A stretch of 64,000 nt of DNA from an uncultured Bacteriovoracaceae bacterium (GTDB lineage Bacteria > Bdellovibrionota > Bacteriovoracia > Bacteriovoracales > Bacteriovoracaceae), in assembly GCA_964012805.1 (NCBI GenBank), contig CAXGUD010000006.1:76309-140308 (forward strand). The letters run 5' to 3'. Both the position numbers and the translations under genes were made by a program. Below, piece after piece: positions 27,666-37,654 of this stretch (the stretch's first letter is position 1; every line of letters begins with the position of its first letter). The notes below the pieces were generated by a model. It was not told the origin of the DNA. It ran no database searches and saw only the letters and a program-made list of their open reading frames with translations.

Positions 27666-29261
27666 CTAGTGTCCGCTGGCACCATAGTTTGGTAGGGCCC
27701 TGGCGCTTGGGTCAGTGACGTTACAATTGCTCCAAGAGTTGTTGGGCATCCAGAAGTCTTTAATGAGAGAGGCCTTTCCTTCATAGAATTCTTCAAAATG
27801 GTTTCGGTAAAGTAATGATTCTTTCGTGAAGGGAGGACAATAGCTAAATTCTTCTTTGGCCATTTGAACATCTTGGTCTGTGTAGAGGCCCTCTGCGTGC
27901 AGTTTTAAAAAGTCAACCAGGCTATGTCCAACAGCATCGCTAAAGGCAGCTTTTTCTCTATAAAGAATACTTTTTGGAAGGTAGCCGCCTTTTTCAAAGG
28001 CCTTTCTCAGAAGGTGTTTCCCAACTCCTGTTGTATTCATTTTTAGTTGAGGTCTAATGGCCATGACATATTCGACAAATTCTTTATCTCCAAAGGGAAC
28101 TCTTGCTTCGATTGAATGGGCACTTAAGCAGCGGTCTGCCCTTAAAACGTCATACATATAAATTTCATCAATTCTCTTTTTTGCCTCCTTTTGAAACTCT
28201 TCTTCCGAGGGAGCAAAATCAGTGTATTTATAGCCAAAAAGCTCATCACTTACCTCTCCTGTAAGAAGGACTTTAATGTTTGTCTTCTCTCGAATGTATT
28301 TACAAACAAGATACATACCAATAGATGCCCTAATGGTTGTGATGTCCCAGGTTTCAAGGTGGTAAATAACGCTCTTTAAGGCATTCAAAGCGTCCTGCTT
28401 TGATATAACAACTTCCGTATGATCGGCCCCCAAAAAGTCAGAAACTTCCTTGGCATATTTTAAGTCTATCGCATCACTTTCCATACCAATGGCAAAGGTA
28501 CGGATAGGAGTTTTTTGAAGCCTGGAGGCAATGGCACAAACAAGGCTTGAATCTAACCCACCACTCAAAAGGAAGCCTAGGGGAGCATCAGAGCGGAGCC
28601 TTTTTTCAACGGCTTTAGTTAAAAGGGAGTTAATAGAAGAGAGTGTTTTGTCTAGGCAAGGCCCATGAAATCTTTTAGGGGATGTTCCTTCCCAATACCT
28701 TTTAAAATCAGATCCATCGAAATAATGACCTGGAGGAAAAGGCGATACTTTCGAGCAAATATCTAAAAGTGCTTTTGCTTCAGAGGCGAAGGCCATCTTT
28801 CCATCTTTTAAAAAACCATAAAAAAGTGGTCTAATTCCAATAGGGTCTCTGGCGGCCATCAACTTCTTTTTTTCCTGATCATAAAGGACGAAAGCAAATT
28901 CCCCATCGATCATAGAAATCATTTCTTTTAAACCATGCTCCCTGTAAAGAGGAAGAATTATTTCGCAGTCAGATTTTGAGGTGTATGGATATTGAGTGAC
29001 GGATCTTAAGGTGGGTTCGTTATAAATTTCACCATTACAAACAAGGTGGAGGAGTTTTGTGTGATCTTTAAAGGGCTGGTTTCCACTAGGGTTTAGGTCT
29101 ACAACTGCTAAACGGCTAAAAAACATAGAGACTTCCAAATTAGTATCAGTACTTCTATAAGCATCAGGTCCTCGATGGTTTAATATTTTGGAAATTTCTT
29201 TGATATTCTTTTTTGAAGAGGTTTCTACCTGACTGTTTTCAACAACTAAAAAACCACACAT
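27666..29261 (-). CDS. asnB: Asparagine synthetase B (glutamine-hydrolysing)
   Basis: N-terminal MCG, HRGPD, CNGEIYN, RDPIGIRPLF, LSGGLDSS, GEVSDELFGY, EARVPF. Confidence 0.96.
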   Translation of the reverse strand: MCGFLVVENSQVETSSKKNIKEISKILNHRGPDAYRSTDTNLEVSMFFSRLAVVDLNPSGNQPFKDHTKLLHLVCNGEIYNEPTLRSVTQYPYTSKSDCEIILPLYREHGLKEMISMIDGEFAFVLYDQEKKKLMAARDPIGIRPLFYGFLKDGKMAFASEAKALLDICSKVSPFPPGHYFDGSDFKRYWEGTSPKRFHGPCLDKTLSSINSLLTKAVEKRLRSDAPLGFLLSGGLDSSLVCAIASRLQKTPIRTFAIGMESDAIDLKYAKEVSDFLGADHTEVVISKQDALNALKSVIYHLETWDITTIRASIGMYLVCKYIREKTNIKVLLTGEVSDELFGYKYTDFAPSEEEFQKEAKKRIDEIYMYDVLRADRCLSAHSIEARVPFGDKEFVEYVMAIRPQLKMNTTGVGKHLLRKAFEKGGYLPKSILYREKAAFSDAVGHSLVDFLKLHAEGLYTDQDVQMAKEEFSYCPPFTKESLLYRNHFEEFYEGKASLIKDFWMPNNSWSNCNVTDPSARALPNYGASGH

Positions 29262-29487
29262 AACGACGTTCCTTTGGTTAGGTTATGCAAGAATGTTAAA
29301 TAAAATACGGCATAAATAAAGAATTAATAAGTTATTAACTTTATTTTTATTATATTAATAATTAATGGGCTTTTATTTTAGTTAAAATTAATTATTGATG
29401 CTTTATTGGACATCTCTTTTGAGAGTTTCATAATAGGTGAGTGGCCTTAAATGTTTCTAAACTAGAAAAAGTTTTTTAAGGTCCACT

Positions 29488-30627
29488 ATGGAGTTTTTTA
29501 TGAGAGATCAGTTTGTTTTTTTTAAAAACTTTTTAAATATGGCCTTTTGGCTGGGTCCTCTTTCTTCTGATGAAAAAAAACCTGGCGGTTTTAAGAGAAA
29601 AGAGCTTGTTATACCTGTAAAAGACCGGTCCATTAAGGCATGGCTTTATATCCCCAATGGAAAAATTCAAGGCGTGTTTTTAATGGCACCAGGGTTTCAC
29701 TTTCTAGGACCAGCAGATGAGCGTTTTGTCCGCTTTAACTCTATTTTAGCAAGCTCTGGTTTTATGCTCCTTTGTCCTTTTATAGAGGATTACCTAGATA
29801 TGAAAGTGCTTCCAAGAACGGAGGATGACTTTAAAGCTTGCTTCGATGTCCTTGAGTCTTTACCAGAAAAACCCCGTAAAATGAAACCTGGTGTTTTTAG
29901 CATTAGTTTTGGGTCACTCCTGGCAGTTCGATTGGCCGGACACAAAAATTATAAGGACCGGGTTGGAGGTCTCTCTATTTTTGGAGGCTATGCTAATTGG
30001 GATGAGACCCTAAGATATTTTTTAAGTGGAGACGCTGAGGGAGAGTTTGTTCAAAATAGAGATCCTCTTTGCAGGCCAGCTGTTTTTTTAAATTTGTTAG
30101 ATAGTATAGAGCCAAAACCTGAAGACCCGGAAGCTTTGAGAGAGGCTTGGGTTGAGTATATAAAAAAAACCTGGCCTGATCCTCTGTATTTAGAAAATGA
30201 CAGATACAAGGATTGTGCTAGGGAAATGAGTAAGAGCTTGGAAGAGTCCAAAAGGGATTTATTTTTAAAGGGTTGTCTTCCTGGTCGTGAAGGACTTGAC
30301 ACTGCTTTAAACGCCCTCGATAAAATGAAAGAAAAGTGGGATTATTTAGATCCACTTGCCTACGCAAAAGATATACATTGTCCCGTGACAATTATTCATG
30401 GAAAAGATGATGGTGTTATTCCTGTAAATCAGGTATACCGCTTTAAACAGGCCCTGAGACATAATAAGAATGTAACGACTTGTGTAACGGGACTATTTTC
30501 TCATAGCCAAAATGAAGGCCAGGAGAACTTGGCTACAAAGGTGACGATTTTAGGCAAAGAGCTTATAATGATGGTAAGAATTTTAAAAAGCTTCTTCCTT
30601 ATGGGAGGGGATAAAGGAGAGTCGTAA
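29488..30627 (+). CDS. Alpha/beta hydrolase
   Basis: SISFG nucleophile elbow, IIHGKDDGVIP, C-terminal FSH. Confidence 0.75.
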   Translation: MEFFMRDQFVFFKNFLNMAFWLGPLSSDEKKPGGFKRKELVIPVKDRSIKAWLYIPNGKIQGVFLMAPGFHFLGPADERFVRFNSILASSGFMLLCPFIEDYLDMKVLPRTEDDFKACFDVLESLPEKPRKMKPGVFSISFGSLLAVRLAGHKNYKDRVGGLSIFGGYANWDETLRYFLSGDAEGEFVQNRDPLCRPAVFLNLLDSIEPKPEDPEALREAWVEYIKKTWPDPLYLENDRYKDCAREMSKSLEESKRDLFLKGCLPGREGLDTALNALDKMKEKWDYLDPLAYAKDIHCPVTIIHGKDDGVIPVNQVYRFKQALRHNKNVTTCVTGLFSHSQNEGQENLATKVTILGKELIMMVRILKSFFLMGGDKGES

Positions 30628-30628
30628 C

Positions 30629-31114
30629 ATGGCCAAAAATATATATGATTTCAAAGTAAAAAATATAAAGGGAGAAGATAAGAGCCTCAAAGATTATGAG
30701 GGTAAAGTTCTTTTAATTGTAAATGTCGCAAGTAAATGCGGTTTTACACCTCAATATAAAGAGCTCGAAGAAATGCATAAAGAGCTTTCTGAAAAAGGTC
30801 TTTGCATTTTAGGCTTTCCTTGCAATCAATTCGGCGCTCAAGAACCTGGGAGCGAAGAGGACATTCAAAGTTTTTGTTCAACAAACTATGGAGTCACTTT
30901 TGATATGTTTTCAAAAGTAGAGGTTAACGGCCCTAATGAAGTCCCTCTTTATAGTTATTTAAAAGAAGCTTGCCCGGGGATTCTCAATACAACTGGTATT
31001 AAGTGGAATTTTACAAAATTTTTAATTGATAAAGAGGGAAAGGCCGTGAAGAGGTTCGCTCCTAACGATAAACCTTTTTCAATTGTTGAACACATAGAAA
31101 AGCTACTTCCTTAA
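30629..31114 (+). CDS. Glutathione peroxidase (Cys type)
   Basis: NVASKCGFT, GFPCNQFG, KWNFTKFLID. Confidence 0.97.
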   Translation: MAKNIYDFKVKNIKGEDKSLKDYEGKVLLIVNVASKCGFTPQYKELEEMHKELSEKGLCILGFPCNQFGAQEPGSEEDIQSFCSTNYGVTFDMFSKVEVNGPNEVPLYSYLKEACPGILNTTGIKWNFTKFLIDKEGKAVKRFAPNDKPFSIVEHIEKLLP

Positions 31115-31139
31115 AGCTTTATGAGATGAAAAACCAAAT

Positions 31140-31451
31140 TCATTGATTTATGATAAGGTAGAAGTATTTTCCGTTGGATTCATAATGAGTAGAAAACCCA
31201 TATTCGAGAAGGTGCTCTCTAACTTTTTTTATGGCCTTCTCTTGTTCATGTAAATTTCCGTTTAAGTTTTTCCAGATCATTTCACTGTTATTCATTTCAA
31301 GGAGTAATTGTAACATATTAGAAGTTGAAAGAACTTGACCATCTTTACCAGCAAAAATGTAATCAAGTTTTTTGTCCTGGACAAATTTCAACATTTTTCT
31401 TGAAAAAGCACATGAGCTTTTATTCATATAAATTAATTTATACAAGGCCAT
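31140..31451 (-). CDS. Hypothetical protein
   Basis: 103-aa ORF with no recognisable motif or clear RBS. Confidence 0.4.
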   Translation of the reverse strand: MALYKLIYMNKSSCAFSRKMLKFVQDKKLDYIFAGKDGQVLSTSNMLQLLLEMNNSEMIWKNLNGNLHEQEKAIKKVREHLLEYGFSTHYESNGKYFYLIINQ

Positions 31452-31701
31452 AATTTTATGGTTCTTTGATTGGGGATAACGATTTTAAATGCTTTTTCTT
31501 TACCTGATCCGTGAAACTCACCCTCTTTTTTTTCTTAAATATAAAGAAGGCCTTCTTTTTCAATCCCATGAGCCACAGTTAATTTTTAGATTCCAAATAT
31601 TAACTCATAAATCGATTTAATAGGATGCTTTACTTTGATTTAGTAAAAAGAGGGTCATAGTGTCATCTGGGCCCAAAGTAGAGAGGACCTGTTTAATAGT
31701 T

Positions 31702-32445
31702 TTAATAAGCAGTATATCTATCCATCATATATTTAACCCCTTTAACTGGTTTTGTAAGAAGTTTTAGGATTTCTTGTTTAGAAATAAATTGATAAGTCTC
31801 ATTCCAACTTTTTTCAATTTCAATTAACTGTTTTTCGTCATAGGACTTAAGGAAACTTTTTATCTCCCATTTAGGAGATGTGCTTAACTCTTCTTTTCTA
31901 TGCATAAACAAGTTCTTTTTGAAGAAAAATTTTGACTCTAAAACGAGGCCTTTTGGTTTTTTAAAATAAATATCTTTTCTAGAAATAGAACCTTTCCTAA
32001 AAAAGTCAGGTTTTTGGTAAGGACGCATAACGCCTAAAAAACCTAGCTTTGTTGAGTAAAGTCGTTTTTCTGAATATTGAGGGCCTTCGTTATTGTAAGG
32101 GGCATCGCTAGGTTTGATTCCTTGGCACTCTTCTTTTGGAATTTGTTCATAAGTTCTTTCCCTAAAGGTTTGGACTAAATTACCTCTCATCCCCAAAATA
32201 GTTTCTTTTTCTGTAACAATAACCTGGCATTTTGTGTTTTTAGAGTTTTTATTTGGGTATGTTTCTTTAATAACCCTTTGCATTCCAGGGGCCATTTCAT
32301 TTTTTGCAAATTTTCCAAGAGCAGCGTTGTAATGGACCGCCCATTCACCATAATTGACTTTTTCAATGCTTTTTTGTGAGCATGAAAAAGTAAGGGTCAG
32401 AGAGACCAAGACAGTAATAAAGCCTTTAACTTTGACATGACTCAT
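31702..32445 (-). CDS. Hypothetical lipoprotein
   Basis: GGAG RBS; lipobox TFSC. Confidence 0.7.
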   Translation of the reverse strand: MSHVKVKGFITVLVSLTLTFSCSQKSIEKVNYGEWAVHYNAALGKFAKNEMAPGMQRVIKETYPNKNSKNTKCQVIVTEKETILGMRGNLVQTFRERTYEQIPKEECQGIKPSDAPYNNEGPQYSEKRLYSTKLGFLGVMRPYQKPDFFRKGSISRKDIYFKKPKGLVLESKFFFKKNLFMHRKEELSTSPKWEIKSFLKSYDEKQLIEIEKSWNETYQFISKQEILKLLTKPVKGVKYMMDRYTAY

Positions 32446-32653
32446 TTTTTCTCTCCAAGTCTAGATTTTTTGAAGCAAAGTACCAAGAATTTTTACACTT
32501 TTATAGACCCAATTTAAAGGGCAATAATGAATTTTTCAAACGATTTGGAGGTCTGCTTTCTAAGGCCGGTGGCTGCCACTATACTGGAAAATTTTGGTAC
32601 ACCGTTTCTTTTGCGTTTAGTCGTTTTAAGTAGGAAGTAATAATCCAGCTTTT

Positions 32654-33145
32654 TTACTCTTTTGGAATTTTTTTGTTAATCGAGTCAGTAATAACCCAAA
32701 GAAGTATTGTGATTAAAAAGTATGATCCAGTAGAAAGCCATGCCAAGCTAATTTCATTGAGGCCACAAGCGATTCCGCAAACGATGCTAAAGAGGACGTT
32801 TGAGTTTGACATATTTAAAGCGAGTTTTACTCGAAACCTAATAAGAGCAATGGCCGCACCAATGGCAAAGGCCCTGGCCAAGTTATTATTGACAAGGATC
32901 ATGACTGAAGTCATTCCCATGCAAAGATATAAAATATTAACGGTTCCTAAAATAAGTTCGATCTTCTCTTCACTAGGTCCATCTGGATCTTTTAGAAGGT
33001 TTCTGTTTGTGAGGTAAGTAATGATGCAAAGAAGAGTGGCAATTAAAAAGGAATTCCCTAAAATGAAAAGAAGGTCATTAAGGCTATAGCCGATAACAAT
33101 GTTTTGGGTAGAAGCGAGACTTCTTGAAATCAAATTTTGCCCCAT
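32654..33145 (-). CDS. DUF4956-like membrane protein
   Basis: NNLARAFAIGAAIALIRFR signature; GIACG. Confidence 0.8.
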   Translation of the reverse strand: MGQNLISRSLASTQNIVIGYSLNDLLFILGNSFLIATLLCIITYLTNRNLLKDPDGPSEEKIELILGTVNILYLCMGMTSVMILVNNNLARAFAIGAAIALIRFRVKLALNMSNSNVLFSIVCGIACGLNEISLAWLSTGSYFLITILLWVITDSINKKIPKE

Positions 33146-33429
33146 TATTTTCCTATTTTTATTCTTAAAAATAACCTATTGAACATGTCGGTAATTTGCT
33201 CAAAAAACTTCAGTGAAAAAAATAAATTTTATTCATTTCATTTAAATTTCTAGCAAAAATCGCTTTTTGGATGAACTTTTCTTACTTTTATATTTCAAAA
33301 TGTTGATTTTCGTCTTCTAAGGGGAGCCATGAGGAGGTCAACTCTTGATGATCAAATCTTGACCAATTGATGCTAAGCCAAAAAAAAATTAAAATCTAGT
33401 TAATAAAAATATACGACTTGAGGTAGCAA

Positions 33430-35262
33430 ATGTTAAAAGGAACATCTTTTATTTCAAAATTAATTATTACTTTATTTATTTTTATAAGTTCAAAGGTTTA
33501 TTCATTTGATGAAGCGGAAGACAGGTTAAAAAAGCTTATACCAAAAAATAACGTCATTTTAAAAGATGCCGGTTTGATGACTAACGACCTTGGGTTTTAT
33601 TTTGTTTCTGATAATCAATTTAATAACTTTCTTGGTGACCCTCAGCTAATGAGGACAAAAATTGCTGATAGAATTGTGGTAGTTGCCATAAGGCCACCTA
33701 GGCTTGACCTTTTCGCTCCAGACATCTTAGAGCATACTATAAGGAAGCAAGGACCAGACAATTATATCATCCACCTTGGAGATGCTACCAACATCGCTTG
33801 CTGGAACGAATGGGATAAATTTACATACAGAATGCAACCTGAAATTTTAGGAAAGAAAATGCACAAAGGCTGGGTTATGGTTCCTGGTAACCATGACTTT
33901 TTCTTTCTTGGAAACACGGCCGGCAGCCATTTCAGAAAATCGAGCGGTATTAAACAAACCTGGGCGGCAGCTTGTAATGACAAGGATTACCCCAATCAAA
34001 AACCTAAAAGACTTAAAAGCAGAATTTTAACGAAAGGGAACTTCATCACAGCTTATTTGGCTGAGCTTTCTAAGCAAAGTTCTTATTTCCCTCGTCTTAA
34101 AAAAGATTTCACTTTTAAATTAAAGGATGCCAAATGCCGTAAAACTAAAAAAGCAACCAGAATGGGATTAACTGAGCCAAAAACACACTTTGACATTTGT
34201 GACTGGGAGTCCAAAAATCCTAAAAGCTTTCTTCAAAAGGTTCATTGGATGAAGCCTCTAAAAGATGACGTAAGGGTTGAGTATAGGGCACTTATGGTTC
34301 AAGAAGTCGCTTTAAACCCCCCAGGAACGAAGCCTTTCCACTATAGAGGAATTCTTCTTGATACACAGGATTACTATATAAATCCAAACCTCTACTTTAA
34401 TAGAATCTTTGGTCGGTTCGCTAAATGGATTGGTAAAGTAAACCCAGGCGATCATGGAGCTGTTCAAAAGGGTCAGCAAGAACTTGTTAAGGGCTGGTTA
34501 AAAGAAAATAACAAAAAGCATGACCCTAATTCAACAGTTTATGTTTTTATGGGTCACCATCCTTTTGATACAATTCTTCCGTTGGGGCGTTTAAGAATGG
34601 GTGATATGTTTAATGATATTAAATATTATACTTACGTCTCAAGCCATACTCATTATGGCTATGTTAAAGAGCATAAGTATTTGCAGAAAAACATTCTAAG
34701 TGAACTTAATGTTGGGTCTGTTACAGACTGGGGAACCAAAGGAAGTCAGGTTGTTTACCCTAATCAAGCGATTAGAAATGGTGATAAAATTACTATGCCA
34801 GTTTTCTTTAAAACAAACCATATGAAAAAACAACCGAAGGACATACAAGCTTTTTGTAAACCAGAATGGGATGCGAGAAATGATAAGAATGAAAAGCACG
34901 GTTATCTCGCTTATAACAAAGCTGGTTGGCTTCCTTCAGCTGCCCATGATAGGACTTTAGACCTTCTTATTAAGGCCTATGATGATATGTACGCTAGGCT
35001 TGACCTCTCAAAATATGGACCAAAAACTCAAAAAGATATTAAAGAGGATTTGAGGCTTAGAAAAAAATATGATGCCGATTTTAAAAAGTCTTGTGGGATG
35101 TATAGAAAAAAATGCCGAAGACAAAAATTTCTTATGGCCCAAAGGTATTGGCTTACAGATCAGCAACATTATAAAAGGGATAAGGTTTACCATGAAGACC
35201 GCATGAAATATGGAGTTTGCCAGGCAATATGGGCGAGTATGCAGGAAAATGAAACCTGGTAA
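33430..35262 (+). CDS. Secreted calcineurin-like metallophosphoesterase
   Basis: Signal peptide; VSDNQ, HLGD, PGNHD, GHHP, SSHTH motifs. Confidence 0.8.
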   Translation: MLKGTSFISKLIITLFIFISSKVYSFDEAEDRLKKLIPKNNVILKDAGLMTNDLGFYFVSDNQFNNFLGDPQLMRTKIADRIVVVAIRPPRLDLFAPDILEHTIRKQGPDNYIIHLGDATNIACWNEWDKFTYRMQPEILGKKMHKGWVMVPGNHDFFFLGNTAGSHFRKSSGIKQTWAAACNDKDYPNQKPKRLKSRILTKGNFITAYLAELSKQSSYFPRLKKDFTFKLKDAKCRKTKKATRMGLTEPKTHFDICDWESKNPKSFLQKVHWMKPLKDDVRVEYRALMVQEVALNPPGTKPFHYRGILLDTQDYYINPNLYFNRIFGRFAKWIGKVNPGDHGAVQKGQQELVKGWLKENNKKHDPNSTVYVFMGHHPFDTILPLGRLRMGDMFNDIKYYTYVSSHTHYGYVKEHKYLQKNILSELNVGSVTDWGTKGSQVVYPNQAIRNGDKITMPVFFKTNHMKKQPKDIQAFCKPEWDARNDKNEKHGYLAYNKAGWLPSAAHDRTLDLLIKAYDDMYARLDLSKYGPKTQKDIKEDLRLRKKYDADFKKSCGMYRKKCRRQKFLMAQRYWLTDQQHYKRDKVYHEDRMKYGVCQAIWASMQENETW

Positions 35263-35326
35263 GACTTTTAATAAATGGTCTAACTTTGAACAATTAAAGT
35301 AATTTTAACTTGAATATAATAAGTAT

Positions 35327-35361
35327 AAAAAAAGGGAATCAAATTGTGGTTCCCTTTTTTT
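35327..35361. terminator. Bidirectional intrinsic terminator
   Basis: A7-GGGAATC...GGTTCCC-T7 between convergent genes. Confidence 0.8.
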
Positions 35362-35403
35362 ATTTAAGTAAATGAACCTTTGAAATAATTTACTTATAAC
35401 TTT

Positions 35404-37068
35404 TTAATTACACTTGGAAGTGTCTGGACCTAGTTTACATTTCTCGCAGCTTTTATAAAGGTCTATGGTGTTTCTCAGTCCTAAGGCCTTTCCCACCATT
35501 TCATAAAATTCCCACTCAGGAGTTTCGGTCATCCCATAAGTTCTCACAGGGCGCTTTTTAGATTTTGTTGTTTTTTGAAACCATTCTTCAACTGTCATCT
35601 TTTTATTAATTTTTGAAAAAGCCTTTTTAAACTGACTTATGCCGTGGAACTTTTCTTCTGCTTGATGTTTAAACCATCCATTGGCAACGGCCTTGGCACC
35701 TTTATACATGACCCAATTGCCATTTTCATAATATTCCATAAAGTTATTCGCCAGATCGATTTGCTCTGCAACCATACTTGGTGAAATAAATAGGTCACCC
35801 GGTCTTTCTTTTAGAGGTGTCATCCAAGATGAGCCTATATAATTACCCTTTCCCTTACCTTCAATTAAAATATAGTTATAGTATTTAACGTTAAAGACCG
35901 AAGATGTATCTCTATAATAAGTTTCTTCTTGATACTTCATTTTAGAGTGAACCAAATAAACCTTAATACCTTTTTTAAGCTTTAAATTTTTACCAAAGGC
36001 CCTTTTGAGGGTTTCTTTTTTTACTCGTGCCATGGCCTGAAGGAAAGATTTAGTGTCTTTAAAGGTCGTTTTTTTTACAATTTTTTTTAAAGCTTCATTG
36101 ATATATTTAGGTTCACCCTTTCTAAGGGCCTTGATGCTTATGTCTGGATTGTTATAAACCTTTTCGAAGTAATACTGCTCAATTCTTTTAATAAGCCTTA
36201 AGTCTTTATCACCTCTTTTTGCTTTAAGAATGGTAAAAGATTTCTCTCTATTACCTTCTATACTTTTAAATCCCGAAATAAGGCGGAAGGTCTCAACTTC
36301 ATTTCTCGTGTGCTTAACTTGCCCTTCTCCAAGGTTGATATGATCCTGGCCTGCTTTGACTTTAAATTCCCCTTTAGCAATATCTTTTTCTGTTAATCGT
36401 TTTATATTTGATTCAATTGATATTACAGGCTGATTCCATACTTCAGGGCCTGAGTCCACATTGAGGACGACTCCAACCTTTTCTTTTTTCCAGACTTTTT
36501 CGTCCATATAATGGTGGAGTTTTTCATGAAGGATGTGGGCAGGAAAGTTTGACCTATTTAACTGGTCTTTGGCGAAGTAATATGCATTTTCTCTTTCTTC
36601 CAAAGGAGTGTAGTCTCTTTCCCCAGCATAATCTATATCCCAGCTTTTATAAAAGGCCGTGAAGAGTTCTTGCAGATCACCTTTAGTAAGTATAACTCCA
36701 CCCTTGCATTTTAATTTTTCGGCGCTAAGAAGGTAATTCTTTATAATCATATCATTATTTGAAGCACTCCACTGGTCGCACAGACCTTGCCAGCTCTCAG
36801 CTTCTTTTTTGTAAATATAATCTTTTAAAAACCCTTCAAGCTGAGTTTTGCTTTTACCATAGTTGATAGTAGCTAGGTCGAGCCGTTTGGCGGTCGTTGA
36901 TTTCTTTTTTTCGCCCTTATTTTTATTTTTTTCTTGCGTGAGGGGACCATCAGAAAAGGGGAGGTAGCTTCCTGAATACCATCCAGGAGGACCTTCATTT
37001 TTTATTGTGACTGAAAAGGCGTTCATACTCAAAATCAAAGTTAAAATAATAAGAAATTCCTTTTTCAT
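35404..37068 (-). CDS. Secreted transglutaminase-elicitor (GP42)-like protein
   Basis: Signal peptide; WYSGSYLP, SWQGLCDQWS, GDLQEL, NVDSGPEVWNQPV, YNYIL, GSSW...RP match the family pattern as I recall it. Confidence 0.7.
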   Translation of the reverse strand: MKKEFLIILTLILSMNAFSVTIKNEGPPGWYSGSYLPFSDGPLTQEKNKNKGEKKKSTTAKRLDLATINYGKSKTQLEGFLKDYIYKKEAESWQGLCDQWSASNNDMIIKNYLLSAEKLKCKGGVILTKGDLQELFTAFYKSWDIDYAGERDYTPLEERENAYYFAKDQLNRSNFPAHILHEKLHHYMDEKVWKKEKVGVVLNVDSGPEVWNQPVISIESNIKRLTEKDIAKGEFKVKAGQDHINLGEGQVKHTRNEVETFRLISGFKSIEGNREKSFTILKAKRGDKDLRLIKRIEQYYFEKVYNNPDISIKALRKGEPKYINEALKKIVKKTTFKDTKSFLQAMARVKKETLKRAFGKNLKLKKGIKVYLVHSKMKYQEETYYRDTSSVFNVKYYNYILIEGKGKGNYIGSSWMTPLKERPGDLFISPSMVAEQIDLANNFMEYYENGNWVMYKGAKAVANGWFKHQAEEKFHGISQFKKAFSKINKKMTVEEWFQKTTKSKKRPVRTYGMTETPEWEFYEMVGKALGLRNTIDLYKSCEKCKLGPDTSKCN

Positions 37069-37087
37069 TTATATCTCCATAAATTCT

Positions 37088-37612
37088 TTATTTATAATTT
37101 TTTAAATATTTTTGAACTTCAGTATCAAAGCTTAAATCAAAGGCGGTTTGTCCATATTTATTTTTAATATTTCTATCTGCCTTTCCTTTTAAAAGGATCT
37201 TGACTACATCAATTTGATTATTTTTGGCTGCAATTATAAGAGCCGTATTTCCCTTATTGTCTTTTTGATTGATGTTCGCACCCGAATTTAAAAATAAGTT
37301 TACTGCTTCAAAATAACCGATCCTACTTGCCGCCATTAAGGGCGTTTCTCCTAGAGGGGATTTATGATTTATGTCAGCTCCATTTTTGATAAGTCCTTGA
37401 AGGGTCCTCAATGCTTTTTTTCTTTGAATTCTTGTAGACCGCCTCTGAATTTTGACTTTAGGCATACCCACAAGGTTTATTCGGGTCTCCCCTTTAGAAG
37501 CGATGTAAAATAAATCGCGGGTTAAAGGTGAGTTTGTAATTTTTTTTTGAGCATGGGTGTTGAAACAAAAGGTGCAAAAGAGAAAAACAAGAAGAACCGG
37601 TTTCATAGGCAT
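37088..37612 (-). CDS. Secreted ankyrin-repeat protein
   Basis: Signal peptide (..NTHA-Q); GETPLMAA, GNTALIIAA, GQTAFD. Confidence 0.92.
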   Translation of the reverse strand: MPMKPVLLVFLFCTFCFNTHAQKKITNSPLTRDLFYIASKGETRINLVGMPKVKIQRRSTRIQRKKALRTLQGLIKNGADINHKSPLGETPLMAASRIGYFEAVNLFLNSGANINQKDNKGNTALIIAAKNNQIDVVKILLKGKADRNIKNKYGQTAFDLSFDTEVQKYLKNYK

Positions 37613-37654
37613 TTCCTTTTTTTATTTTCATTTAATAGACTTTAACTGAATATA

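Noticed and set aside
31452..31700. Possible degraded reading frame upstream of the 103-aa ORF
   Set aside because: One frame looks protein-like between TAA stops, but I recognise no homology, so a pseudogene call is unsupported.
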